A DNA stretch of 64,000 bases, taken from the NCBI GenBank assembly GCA_963788175.1, contig CAWBFZ010000011.1, positions 6,231-70,230 on the forward strand. The letters run 5' to 3'. The notes beneath the pieces were generated by a model. It had not been told where the DNA came from, made no database searches, and saw only the letters and a list, made by a program, of their open reading frames with translations. This document shows, one piece after another, positions 54,671 to 62,933 of the stretch (position 1 is its first letter; the number at the start of each line of letters is the position of its first letter). A program made the position numbers and the translations under genes. The stretch comes from Thermoanaerobaculia bacterium (GTDB lineage: Bacteria; Acidobacteriota; Thermoanaerobaculia; Multivoradales; JAGPDF01).

Positions 54671-55689
54671 TCAGGCGGTGAAGTCGGAGCCGGCGGCTCG
54701 CCGATCGGAATCGACCAGCAGCACGCCGGCGATCCAGACCAGGTCGGCTCCCAGCAGGTGGAGGAGCTGGAGCGGCACCGGCGCCAGGAGGGCCAGGGTC
54801 AGCAGACCGAGCGCGAACTGCGCCAGGACGAAGCGGACCGTCCATTGCGCCCAGAGGCCGGCGCGGGCGCCGGCAGGGACCGCGTAGCGAATCTTCTGTG
54901 CCAGACGGATCCACAGGACCCCCGCGCCGATCGCCACCAACGGATGCAGGACGCGCAGCTGAATCAGAAAGTGCGCGGTCGGCGAGAGATCCTGCGCCAA
55001 CCCCTCGGCGAGCGAAGTCGCCGGAAAGAGGGTGTCTCCGAGCGCGGCGATGGCGCCGGTCATGGCGGTGAAAAGAAGCGCAGTAAAGGAAAGAAGCTCC
55101 AGCCAGCGCGGCGCGAGACCCGCGGTCGCGCCGGCAGCGCACCCCCTTTACTGGAAGCTTTTCGCTGGTGGCACCGCCGCCGTGAACGCTCGGCCAGCAG
55201 CGCCAGGATCGCCAGCAGCAGGAAGGTGTTGACGAGATGGCCCGCCATCCAGACCGCCCGTGCACCCGGAGCTGTTCTGGCCGACGTACTCGAGCAGGAC
55301 GAGGCCGGCGCCGAGCGCCGCCTCGCCGAAGATGAAGAGGATGGCGAGCCAGGCGAGCCGGCGCATCCCGCGTCTGCCGCGGCGGTTCGCTTCGAGTACC
55401 GGCGCAGCGTCCAGACGCCGAGCGCCACCACTACGACGAGCGCCAGGCCGCTGGTCACCCGGTGCCCGAGCTCGATCAGGGTCTCGATCTTCGGGTCCTG
55501 CGGCACGACGACGCCGTTGCACAGCGGCCAGTGCGCGCCGCAGCCGGCACCGGAGCCGCTGGCGCGGACGAACCCGCCCCAGACGATGACCGCGAGGTTG
55601 ACGGCGAGGACGAACCAGGCGAAGCGGGAGAACCGGCCGGCGAGGACACGGTCGGCGGCGGAGATGGCGTCGGTGGCAGAGACCTTCAT
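54671..55689 (-). CDS. ctaA: heme A synthase (COX15/CtaA); at least 3 frame breaks
   Basis: ATG at 55689 MKVSATD...FAWFVLAVNLAVIVWGGFVRASGSGAGCGAHWPLCNG...ELGHRVTSG (tail of ORF 55060..56931). LAWLAILFIFGEAALGAGLVLLE (55148..55765). C-part is ORF 54671..55063 (FLIQLRVLHPLVAIGAG...LLHLLGADLVW). Confidence 0.7.
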
Positions 55690-55794
55690 CGGGAGAAATG
55701 TATCGCGGTATTCTCTGCCTGTCCCGTTTCGAATCGACTCGATGGCGCAACAGCCGCCGCGACAAGCCGAACGGACTTTTCCCGGAGACTCCGC

Positions 55795-56955
55795 ATGACC
55801 GCAGGCAACCCGCTCCACGCGCTCGCCGGTCTCGGCCAGTCGGTCTGGCTCGACTTCATCCGCAGAAGCTGGCTCGAGGACGGAACGGTCGAGAGGCTGA
55901 TCCGGGAGGACGACCTGCGCGGCATGACCTCGAATCCGGCGATCTTCGAGAAGGCGATTGCGAACGGCCGCGAATACGACGCGCAGATCTCCGCCATCGT
56001 CGCCCGCGGCGAGCGCCGGCCGCTGGCGATCTACGAAGAAGTCGCCGTGGCAGATATTCGCCAGGCCGCCGACCTCCTGTCCGCGGTGTACCGGCGGACG
56101 CACTGCCAGGACGGCTACGTCAGCCTCGAGGTCTCGCCCGAGCTCGCTGAGGATGCCGCCGGCACGCTCGCCGAGGCGCGCCGGCTGTGGAAGGAGGTCG
56201 ACCGCGCGAACCTGATGATCAAGGTTCCGGGAACCCGAACCTGTCTGCCGGTGATTCGCGCGCTGCTCGCCGAGGGGATCAACGTCAACATCACCCTGCT
56301 GTTTTCCAAAGAAGCCTACTCGCTGGTCGCCGAGGCGTATCTGGCCGCTCTGGAGGAAAGACTCGGTAAAGGGATGCCGGTGGATCGCGTCGCTTCGGTG
56401 GCGAGTTTCTTCATCTCGCGCATCGACACGCTGGTCGACAAGCAGATCGACGCCAAGGCGAGCGCTGCTGCACCGACGGACCGCGCCCGCCTCGAGGCCC
56501 TGAAGGGCAAGGTCGCGATCGCCAACGCCAAGCAGGCCTACTCGCTCTTTAACGGTCTTTTCGCTTCCCCTCGCTGGCAGCGCCTCGCCGAGGCCGGCGC
56601 CGTTCCGCAGCGCCTTCTCTGGGCTTCGACCTCGGCCAAGAACCCTGCCTACAGAGACGTGGTCTACGTCGAGGAGCTGATCGGCCGCGACACGGTGAAC
56701 ACGATGCCGCCCGAGACCATCGACGCCTTCCGCGACCACGGCGTGGCGCGCGCGACTCTGGGCGAGGGCCTGACCGAGGCGAGGAAGCAGTTGGAGGAGC
56801 TCGCCGCGCTCGGGATCGCGCTCGACGCCGCGACGGAAGAGCTGCTCGCCGACGGGGTCGCGAAGTTCGTCGAGCCGTTCCGCAAGCTCCTCGGGGCGAT
56901 CGCGGCGAAGACCGCGGAGCTCGCGGAGCATTCAGGCTCGGAGGTGGCGCGATGA
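55795..56955 (+). CDS. tal: transaldolase
   Basis: ATG at 55795 in ORF 55462..56955, intact. Carries GQSVWLDFIRR, GMTSNPAIFEKAI, YVSLEVSP, MIKVPGT (Schiff-base Lys), INVNITLLFS, ASFFISRID. Confidence 0.9.
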   Translation: MTAGNPLHALAGLGQSVWLDFIRRSWLEDGTVERLIREDDLRGMTSNPAIFEKAIANGREYDAQISAIVARGERRPLAIYEEVAVADIRQAADLLSAVYRRTHCQDGYVSLEVSPELAEDAAGTLAEARRLWKEVDRANLMIKVPGTRTCLPVIRALLAEGINVNITLLFSKEAYSLVAEAYLAALEERLGKGMPVDRVASVASFFISRIDTLVDKQIDAKASAAAPTDRARLEALKGKVAIANAKQAYSLFNGLFASPRWQRLAEAGAVPQRLLWASTSAKNPAYRDVVYVEELIGRDTVNTMPPETIDAFRDHGVARATLGEGLTEARKQLEELAALGIALDAATEELLADGVAKFVEPFRKLLGAIAAKTAELAEHSGSEVAR

Positions 56956-58644
56956 ACGCGCGGCTGACGCCGGACCTTCGCGCCGCGTTCGAGATCGCCG
57001 CGGCCGCGTGGAAGAGCAGCGAGCGGACGGAACGGATCTGGGAGGGCGATGCGACGGTCTGGACCGGGCGCGACGAGGCCTACTGGCTCGGCTGGCTCGA
57101 TGCCCCCGAGCGCGAGGCGGCGCGGCTCGGCGACTACGCGGAGCTGGCGCGGGTCGCCGCGCACAGGGGGATTCGAGACGTCCTGCTCCTCGGCATGGGC
57201 GGCTCGTCGCTCGGCGCCGAGGTCTTGCGGAAGTCTTTCGGAAAGCTGCCAGGCTCGCCGCGCCTGCACGTTCTCGACTCGACGCACCCCGACCAGGTGA
57301 GATCGTTCGCAGAGGCGATCGATCCGCGAAGCGCGTGGGTCGTGGTGGCGAGCAAGTCCGGCTCGACCGTCGAGCCCAACCTCCTGCTGGGCTACTTTCT
57401 GGATCGATTTGCCGCAGAGTTGGGCGACAGCGCCCCGGCGCGCTTCATTGCGATCAGCGATCCGGAGTCGTCGCTCGACAAGCTGGCGCGGGAGCAACGG
57501 TTTCTCGCGCTGGTGCCGGGGGAGCCGACGATCGGCGGACGGTTCTCCGCGATCTCGCCGTTCGGTCTCGTGCCCGCGGTCCTTCTGGGGTTGGACCTGC
57601 CGCGCTATGTAGCGCTGGCCTCGGCGCTCGCTGCCGACTGCCGCGAGCCGGAGATCGAGAACAACCCCGGGGTCGCCCTCGGGCTCGCGCTCGGCGTCGC
57701 GGCGGAGGCCGGGCGCGACAAGCTGACGCTGATTCTGGCGCCGGAGATCGCGGCGTTCGGCGCCTGGCTGGAGCAACTGGTAGCGGAGTCGACAGGCAAG
57801 CGCGGACAGATGATCCTGCCGGTGGACGGCGAGCCGCTCGCACCGCCGAATTGGTACGGCAAGGACCGGCTCTTCGTGGTGATCCGCTATGCCGGCAGGC
57901 TCACCGACGAGCAGGAGGACGCGGTCGCGACGCTGCTCTTCGCCGGCCAGCCGGTCATCGAGATCGACTGCGCGGATCTGGCGGAGCTCGGCGCCGAGTT
58001 CTTCCGCTGGGAGTTCGCGACCGCGGTGGCCGGCGCCTTCCTCGGCCTGCATCCGTTCGACCAGCCGGATGTCGAAGCTGCGAAGGTTGCAGCACGAAAC
58101 CTGACGCAGAAAGTGGAGGAGACCGGCGCCCTTCCGACGCGAGGCCCCGTTCTACGCCGAGCACGGCGTGGAGCTCTTCGCCGATCCGGACGAGGCCGCG
58201 GCGCTCTTCCTCGCCGCCGACGAACGGTCGCTCCGCGGCATTCTCGCCGCCCACCTCGACCGCGCGCGGCCTGGCGACTACGTCGCGCTCTGCGCATTTC
58301 TCGAGATGAACGAAGCGAACCAGGCTGCCATGGCCGAGGTTCGCGAGGCGGTCTCGAAAGTCACCGGCGTCGCCAGCACCCTGGGTTTCGGTCCGAGATT
58401 TCTCCATTCCACCGGACAGGCCCACAAGGGCGGTCCTGCCACCGGCCTCTTCCTCCAGTTCACCGACAAGCCGGCCGCCGACCTCCCCGTCCCCAACCGC
58501 CGACTCACCTTCGGTCAGGTCATCGCCAGCCAGGCGAGAGGCGACCTCGAAGTCCTCACCGCCCGCGGCCGCCGAGCCCTCCGCATCCACTTCGCCATGG
58601 GCGCGGAAAAGGGCCTGCGCAGGGTCTTGACCGCATTCGGCTGA
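56952..58644 (+). CDS. pgi: glucose-6-phosphate isomerase (type found fused or adjacent to transaldolase); 1 frame break (about 58140)
   Basis: ATGA overlap with the tal stop. Carries LLLGMGGSSLGAEV, VVVASKSGSTVEP, EPTIGGRFSAISPFGL, ESTGK in ORF 56952..58727. Tail GFGPRFLHSTGQAHKGGP is in ORF 58168..58644. Confidence 0.8.
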
Positions 58645-58760
58645 CAAGAGTGGTTTCGCAGAACAGCGAACCTGCGCCGGCCCTTGGGCTGGCTCCACTC
58701 ACCGGCGGCTTGGCTGTGGGCCGTTGACATCAAGATGATGTCGCTCTTAACATCGTTGCC

Positions 58761-59018
58761 ATGATTCGCACGCAGGTCTATCTCACCGAGGAGCAGCACC
58801 AGGCGCTGCACCGCGCGTCCGAACGCGACGGTGTCAGCATGACGGAAGAGCTGCGGCGGCTGATCGATCGGCATCTCCTGGCCAAGGGGCACGATCCGTA
58901 CTCGGAGCGCGAGCCGTTCTTCGCCTTCGTCGGTATCGGAGAGTGCGGAGAGAGCGACGTCGCGGAGCGGCACGACCACTACCTTGTGGATGCGGCTCGG
59001 CGTGCGGACCTTCGTTGA
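58761..59018 (+). CDS. vapB: ribbon-helix-helix (CopG/VapB-type) antitoxin
   Basis: 85 aa. MIRTQVYLTEEQHQALHRASERDGVSMTEELRRLID is a typical RHH beta-alpha-alpha. Overlaps the PIN gene. TTGACA (58724-58729) and GACATC/GATGTC inverted repeats lie upstream. Confidence 0.7.
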   Translation: MIRTQVYLTEEQHQALHRASERDGVSMTEELRRLIDRHLLAKGHDPYSEREPFFAFVGIGECGESDVAERHDHYLVDAARRADLR

Positions 59019-59424
59019 CACGAGCGGTTTCTATGCTCTCGCCAGTCGTTCCGATCGCCACCATGTCGCAGCGCGGGCGGCCTTCTCGGCGCGCCGCCCG
59101 GGAGAGTGGATCACCACCGATCACGTGATGGTCGAGACCTGGTTGTTGGTGCGTTCCCGCCTGGGTCACTGGGCGGCGCTGCAGTTCTGGGACGGCTTGA
59201 GCCGCGGTTTGGCAACGGTCGGCGGCCTCTCGAGCTCCGACCTGCTGCGGGCGCGTGCGATCGCTGAGATTTGGCGGGATCAGGAGCTCAGTCTCGTCGA
59301 CTGCACCAGCTTCGCGTTCATCGAACGCCTCGGCCTCGAGCGCGCCCTCGCCTTCGACGCCCACTTCCGCGCTTTCCGCTGGGGGCCGGGAAGGCGCCGC
59401 AAGCTGACACTCGTCGGCGGATAA
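59002..59424 (+). CDS. vapC: PIN-domain toxin VapC
   Basis: ORF 58984..59424. (V)RTFVDTSGFYAL (first acidic residue), TTDHVMVE, LSLVDCTSFAFIERL, AFDAHF. Start is GTG at 59002 (alternatives ATG at 58990, TTG at 58984), overlapping vapB. Confidence 0.75.
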   Translation: MRTFVDTSGFYALASRSDRHHVAARAAFSARRPGEWITTDHVMVETWLLVRSRLGHWAALQFWDGLSRGLATVGGLSSSDLLRARAIAEIWRDQELSLVDCTSFAFIERLGLERALAFDAHFRAFRWGPGRRRKLTLVGG

Positions 59425-59694
59425 TCGTTGACGAAGCGCAGGCAATACCGAAGAGGCACCCGTCATTTCGCAAACTACGGAAGATGTTTGGCTTGGGTCT
59501 CTGGGTGTAAGTAGAGTCCAGGTGTCCGGATACCCGCCGGCCTGCGAAGAAGTCCAGGAGAATCGCCTGGCACATCTGACGGCTGCTACTTGGAGCGCGC
59601 ATCTCGTGAGCGGACCTTCGCGCTGATTGGAGTCACTGGGCTGGACCGCTAGCCTCCGGACTGATTGAGCGACCTTGCGCGCATAGAATGGGCC

Positions 59695-60627
59695 ATGGCT
59701 GTCCCGACGTACGACAAGTTCATCGAGCCTGTTTTGCGGTTCCTCGCGAGTCGTCCGGAGGGAGCAAGTGCGCGGGAGGCGCATGAAGCTGCTGCTTTGG
59801 CCCTCGGTGTCAGTGATTCCGATCGCCAGGAGCTACTCCCGAGTGGAGCACAACCGATCTACAAGAACCGGGCGGGTTGGGCGCACGATCGGTTGAAGCG
59901 CTCTGGACTCTCCAGCAGCCCCCGACGCGGATTCTGGAAGCTGACGGAGGACGGCCACGCATTTCTTGCATCACATCCTGGATTTCTTTCAACGAAGGAT
60001 GTGGAGCAGTTGGCCCTCGGCTTCATGGACGTGAGGCTCAAGCCGGCGCCGGATGTTCTGGCGGTAGATCGGAGTGTACTTCCGCCATCGCCGCCATCGG
60101 TGGTCCCAACTGCGAGCCCGGAGGAGCGCTTGGGCGAGGCCGTCAACGAAATGCGTCGCGCGGTTGCCGCTGAGCTGCTGGATGCACTTGCCGCCGTTTC
60201 ACCGTCGTTTTTCGAGACCATTGTTCTCGACCTCCTCCACCGCATGGGCTACGGCGCGAGCCGTACTGACCTTCAGCGGGTTGGCGGCTCGGGCGACGGT
60301 GGAATTGACGGCGTGATCTCCCTCGATAAGCTCGGGCTCGAGAAGGTCTACGTTCAGGCGAAGAGATGGCAGAACACTGTCGGGCGCCCGGAGGTGCAGG
60401 CCTTCTACGGTGCTTTGGCCGGGCAGCGGGCGGACAAGGGAGTTTTTATCACGACATCGAGCTACACACCGCAGGCCATCGAATTCGCGCGCTCGGTCGA
60501 GGGCGTGGTGCTAGTGGACGGGCGGCGCGTCGCTGAGCTCATGATCGATCATGAGGTTGGCGCCTCTGCGCGCACGGTAAAGATCCCGAAGTTCGATAGC
60601 GACTACTTTGATGAAGAATCCCTCTAG
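59695..60627 (+). CDS. mrr: Mrr-type restriction endonuclease (Mrr_N winged helix plus Mrr catalytic domain)
   Basis: ATG at 59695 MAVPTYDKFIEPVLRFLA...YKNRAGWAHDRLKRSGL (Mrr_N). FETIVLDLLHRMGYG...GGSGDGGIDGVI...VYVQAKRW...VGRPEVQAFYGAL...GVFITTSSYT (D-(D/E)xK core). Confidence 0.85.
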   Translation: MAVPTYDKFIEPVLRFLASRPEGASAREAHEAAALALGVSDSDRQELLPSGAQPIYKNRAGWAHDRLKRSGLSSSPRRGFWKLTEDGHAFLASHPGFLSTKDVEQLALGFMDVRLKPAPDVLAVDRSVLPPSPPSVVPTASPEERLGEAVNEMRRAVAAELLDALAAVSPSFFETIVLDLLHRMGYGASRTDLQRVGGSGDGGIDGVISLDKLGLEKVYVQAKRWQNTVGRPEVQAFYGALAGQRADKGVFITTSSYTPQAIEFARSVEGVVLVDGRRVAELMIDHEVGASARTVKIPKFDSDYFDEESL

Positions 60628-60958
60628 CATGGCTCACGGCCAATCGGATTCGATCTGTGGTGGCCGGGTTCTAGACGCTCCGGCCTGCTGAAGCGGAGTG
60701 GGAACGTGAACCACCAGAAGAAGGAGCCTTTTTCGACCTTCTTCTTCTCATCCTGACTGACCAGCTGGACCAGCAGGCGCAGGCTACCTCCGGCGGGGTC
60801 GTAGCTGGCACCCTAGAAGTTCAGGGGAAGGAACGTCGCAGCGAACTCAGCTTCGTCGCCAAGAACGACTTGGTGCGCCTTGGCGAGAAGGTCGAGACGT
60901 TGGTTTTCTCCTGGCGGGACGGCAACGGTGATCTTCGCCGTCAGAGTCGAGACTGGAG

Positions 60959-61297
60959 TCAGCTGCCCGTGGCGAGGTCCTCTGACCGGGTGCGGGGGAG
61001 CCAGTATCGGGGTTGGCGCCGGTCGTGCGCGACTGCGATCACTCAGAGAAACTCCGGCGTCTCGAGGTAGACGAGGTGATACGGAAAGCGGTCGACAGGG
61101 GCGCGGCGAACATTCAGCTCTTCGGCAACGCGCGGAACTGGAGACCCCGCTCTTGGAAACTGACTGATCCTGTCGACGGTGCGGTCGATCTCGGTAAGGA
61201 GCCGCTGGCCAAGACCGGGGGCCCGGGCCTCATACCAGCTGACCGCCTCTTCGGCCTCTCGGCCTGCCGCATTCTCGAAGCGGAGCGGCTTGGTCAA
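60959..61297 (-). pseudogene. ParE/RelE-family toxin interrupted by an in-frame TGA (61043-61045)
   Basis: TTG at 61297 overlaps the antitoxin stop. LTKPLRFENAAGREAEEAVSWYEARAPGLGQRLLTEIDRTVDRISQFPRAGSPVP...RFPYHLVYLETPEFL-TGA-VIAVAHDRRQPRYW... The conserved (I/L)AVAH-x-RR-P-x-YW end of ParE toxins is still encoded in the same frame after the stop. Confidence 0.65.
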
Positions 61298-61536
61298 GGC
61301 TTCTTCAGTTGGTCTTCCAGGCGTTCGCGCACCTCGTGCCAAGAGACGCCGACCGCGTCGCCGGACAGAACGCGACGCGCCCGACGCTCGATCTCCGCAG
61401 CCCATGCCGTTTCGACTTCTGCCTGCGGCTCGCTCGCATCGTCGAGGCTAGCCAAAAGCTCCGCAGCGACATCCGCCCGTTCTTCGGGCGGCAGCTTCAT
61501 GGCCTCGCGCAAGATGCTCTGGGCCTGTGCCGTCAT
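61294..61536 (-). CDS. addiction-module antitoxin (Unstab_antitox / TIGR02574-like)
   Basis: 80 aa. ILREAMKLPPEERADVAAELLASLDD....ETAWAAEIERRARRV matches the 'putative addiction module component' pattern (L-P-x-x-E-R-x-x-L, W..E...R). Confidence 0.7.
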   Translation of the reverse strand: MTAQAQSILREAMKLPPEERADVAAELLASLDDASEPQAEVETAWAAEIERRARRVLSGDAVGVSWHEVRERLEDQLKKP

Positions 61537-61599
61537 GGGAGAAACTGTAGCACCGGGAAGATTGACGTTGAACGCGCTGGCCTTCGGTTCATTGGTAGC

Positions 61600-61629
61600 T
61601 TGACTAAGCGTACGGAAGTACGTACGCTT
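61600..61629 (+). promoter_or_regulatory. yefM-yoeB promoter with overlapping palindromic operator
   Basis: TTGACT (61600-61605), 17 nt, TACGCT. Inverted repeat AAGCGTAC (61606-61613) / GTACGCTT (61622-61629) with three GTAC cores. E. coli YefM-YoeB operators are built on TGTACA cores. Confidence 0.5.
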
Positions 61630-61635
61630 CCCTCA

Positions 61636-61878
61636 ATGAAGACCATCCCGGCAACGAAGGCGCGGCAGAACCTCTATCGGCTGGTGGATGAGGTTGCGGA
61701 GTCGAGTGAGCCGGTGACGATTACCGGGCGCCGGGGGAACGCCGTCATGGTGTCGGAAGACGACTGGCGGGCGATCGACGAGACGCTCTACCTGCTGTCG
61801 ATTCCCTGCATGCGCGAGTCGATTCGTGAGGGGATGGCGGAGCCGCTCTCGAAGGCGGTGAAGAAGCTCGACTGGTGA
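61636..61878 (+). CDS. yefM: Phd/YefM-family antitoxin
   Basis: ATG at 61636 in ORF 61309..61878. MKTIPATKARQNLYRLVDEVAESSEPVTITGRRGNAVMVSEDDWRAIDETLYLLS. Confidence 0.85.
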   Translation: MKTIPATKARQNLYRLVDEVAESSEPVTITGRRGNAVMVSEDDWRAIDETLYLLSIPCMRESIREGMAEPLSKAVKKLDW

Positions 61879-62174
61879 AGAAGCGAGCTGCGCCAGGGGA
61901 GGTTCCCTCGGGACCCTGGGAGGTCGTTTTCACCCGGCGAGCGGTTCGTGACGCCAAGAAGCTCGCCAAGAGCGGCCTCAAGGAGAAGGCTCTGGTTCTT
62001 CTCGCTGTGATCGCGGTCGACCCGTTCAGTTCGCCGCCGCCGTTCGAGAAGCTCGTCGGCGACCTCTCCGGCGCCCTCTCTCGCCGCATCAACATCCAGC
62101 ACCGCCTGGTCTGCGAGGTGTTCACGGAGCTGCGGATGGTTCGCGTCCTGCGGATGTGGACGCATTTTGAGTAG
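61875..62174 (+). CDS. yoeB: Txe/YoeB-family toxin
   Basis: GTGA overlap with the yefM stop. ...FTRRAVRDAKKLAKSGLKEKALVLLAVIAVDPF...FEKLVGDLSGALSRRINIQHRLVCEV...VRVLRMWTHFE (RINxQHRLVY / MWTHYE-type signatures). Confidence 0.8.
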   Translation: MKKRAAPGEVPSGPWEVVFTRRAVRDAKKLAKSGLKEKALVLLAVIAVDPFSSPPPFEKLVGDLSGALSRRINIQHRLVCEVFTELRMVRVLRMWTHFE

Positions 62175-62183
62175 GCGGCGAAT

Positions 62184-62489
62184 CTAGGCTGCGGACCCCC
62201 GCCCGAGTGCTTGGTGGAGGTCCCAGTCGGCCTGGAGGTGCATCCAGAGCTGTGGCGTGGTGCCGAACCGGCGGGCGAGGCGCAGAGCCGTGTCCGCGGT
62301 GATGCCGCGCTTGCCGAGAACGAGCTCGTTCATGCGGTTGGCGGAAATCCCGAGCTCGCGCGCTGCATCGACCTGCGTCATCCCGAGCGGGCGGAGGAAC
62401 TCCTCGAGCAGCATCTCACCGGGGTGTATCGCCGGTCCGAGGACCGCCGGGTCACGCGTGATAGTCCTCGCGGCAGACTTCGTAGGCAT
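62184..62489 (-). CDS. higA: HigA-family antitoxin (XRE HTH)
   Basis: 101 aa. IHPGEMLLEEFLRPLGMTQVDAARELGISANRMNELVLGKRGITADTALRLARRFGTTPQLWMHLQ. Confidence 0.85.
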   Translation of the reverse strand: MPTKSAARTITRDPAVLGPAIHPGEMLLEEFLRPLGMTQVDAARELGISANRMNELVLGKRGITADTALRLARRFGTTPQLWMHLQADWDLHQALGRGSAA

Positions 62490-62745
62490 GGTTTCCTTCC
62501 CACCGGAACGTCAGTCGATACTGGTCGTTCACCCGGATACTGTGGCGCCCGCGCCGGTCTCCCTTGAGTCCCTCGAGCCGGTTTCCGGGCGGGCTCGCCA
62601 GGTCCGAGAGGCGCTGCGCAATATCGAGCCACTTGAGCTTTCGCTGCGCTACGGGCCAGATCTTTCCGGGAATGCGGCGCGCGGCGCGGGTCGAAAGGTC
62701 GGCAAACAGATCCGCGGTCGCCTGGTCTGCGAACGACTGGATCAT
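62452..62745 (-). CDS. higB: HigB toxin (plasmid-maintenance killer, RelE/ParE superfamily)
   Basis: 97 aa. MIQSFADQATADLF...A.RKL..L..A..L.DL..PPGNRLE.LKGDR.G.HSIR.N.QYR..F.W, ending DYH(A). Overlaps higA by 38 nt. Confidence 0.85.
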   Translation of the reverse strand: MIQSFADQATADLFADLSTRAARRIPGKIWPVAQRKLKWLDIAQRLSDLASPPGNRLEGLKGDRRGRHSIRVNDQYRLTFRWEGNHAYEVCREDYHA

Positions 62746-62755
62746 ATTCAGCTAC

Positions 62756-62784
62756 ATGATACCCATGTGACGATGATCATGCAA
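62756..62784 (-). promoter_or_regulatory. higBA promoter
   Basis: Minus-strand TTGCAT (62784-62779), 17 nt, TATCAT (62761-62756), only 10 nt before ATG at 62745, so the transcript is near-leaderless. The palindrome ATGATCAT lies in the spacer. Confidence 0.5.
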
Positions 62785-62933
62785 GTCTGGGGAGGCGCGG
62801 CCTGAGCCGAAATAGCCCACCCAGAGCGTGAACCAGACGACGCCGAAATCGGCACGCTGCAGAGCCCTGGTGGGCTCGAGATTTCTTCCCCGTGGGCAGA
62901 ACCGAATGCGCCGCCCCCCCCGAGCGCCAGGCC

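Noticed and set aside
60717-60744. Hairpin GAAGAAGG-12nt-CCTTCTTC about 90 nt after mrr as a terminator
   Set aside because: The stem is only 8 bp and AT-rich, the loop is large, and the following T-rich run is interrupted (TTCTCATCC). It is too weak to call.
60813-60958. Possible orphan RHH-like mini-ORF on the minus strand (..TAKITVAVPPGENQRLDLLAKAHQVVLGDEAEF..) downstream of the ParE-like gene
   Set aside because: No ATG/GTG/TTG start and no SD. It is only about 48 codons to a TAG, and the resemblance to CopG-type N-termini is weak. It may be a remnant but is not supportable as a gene.
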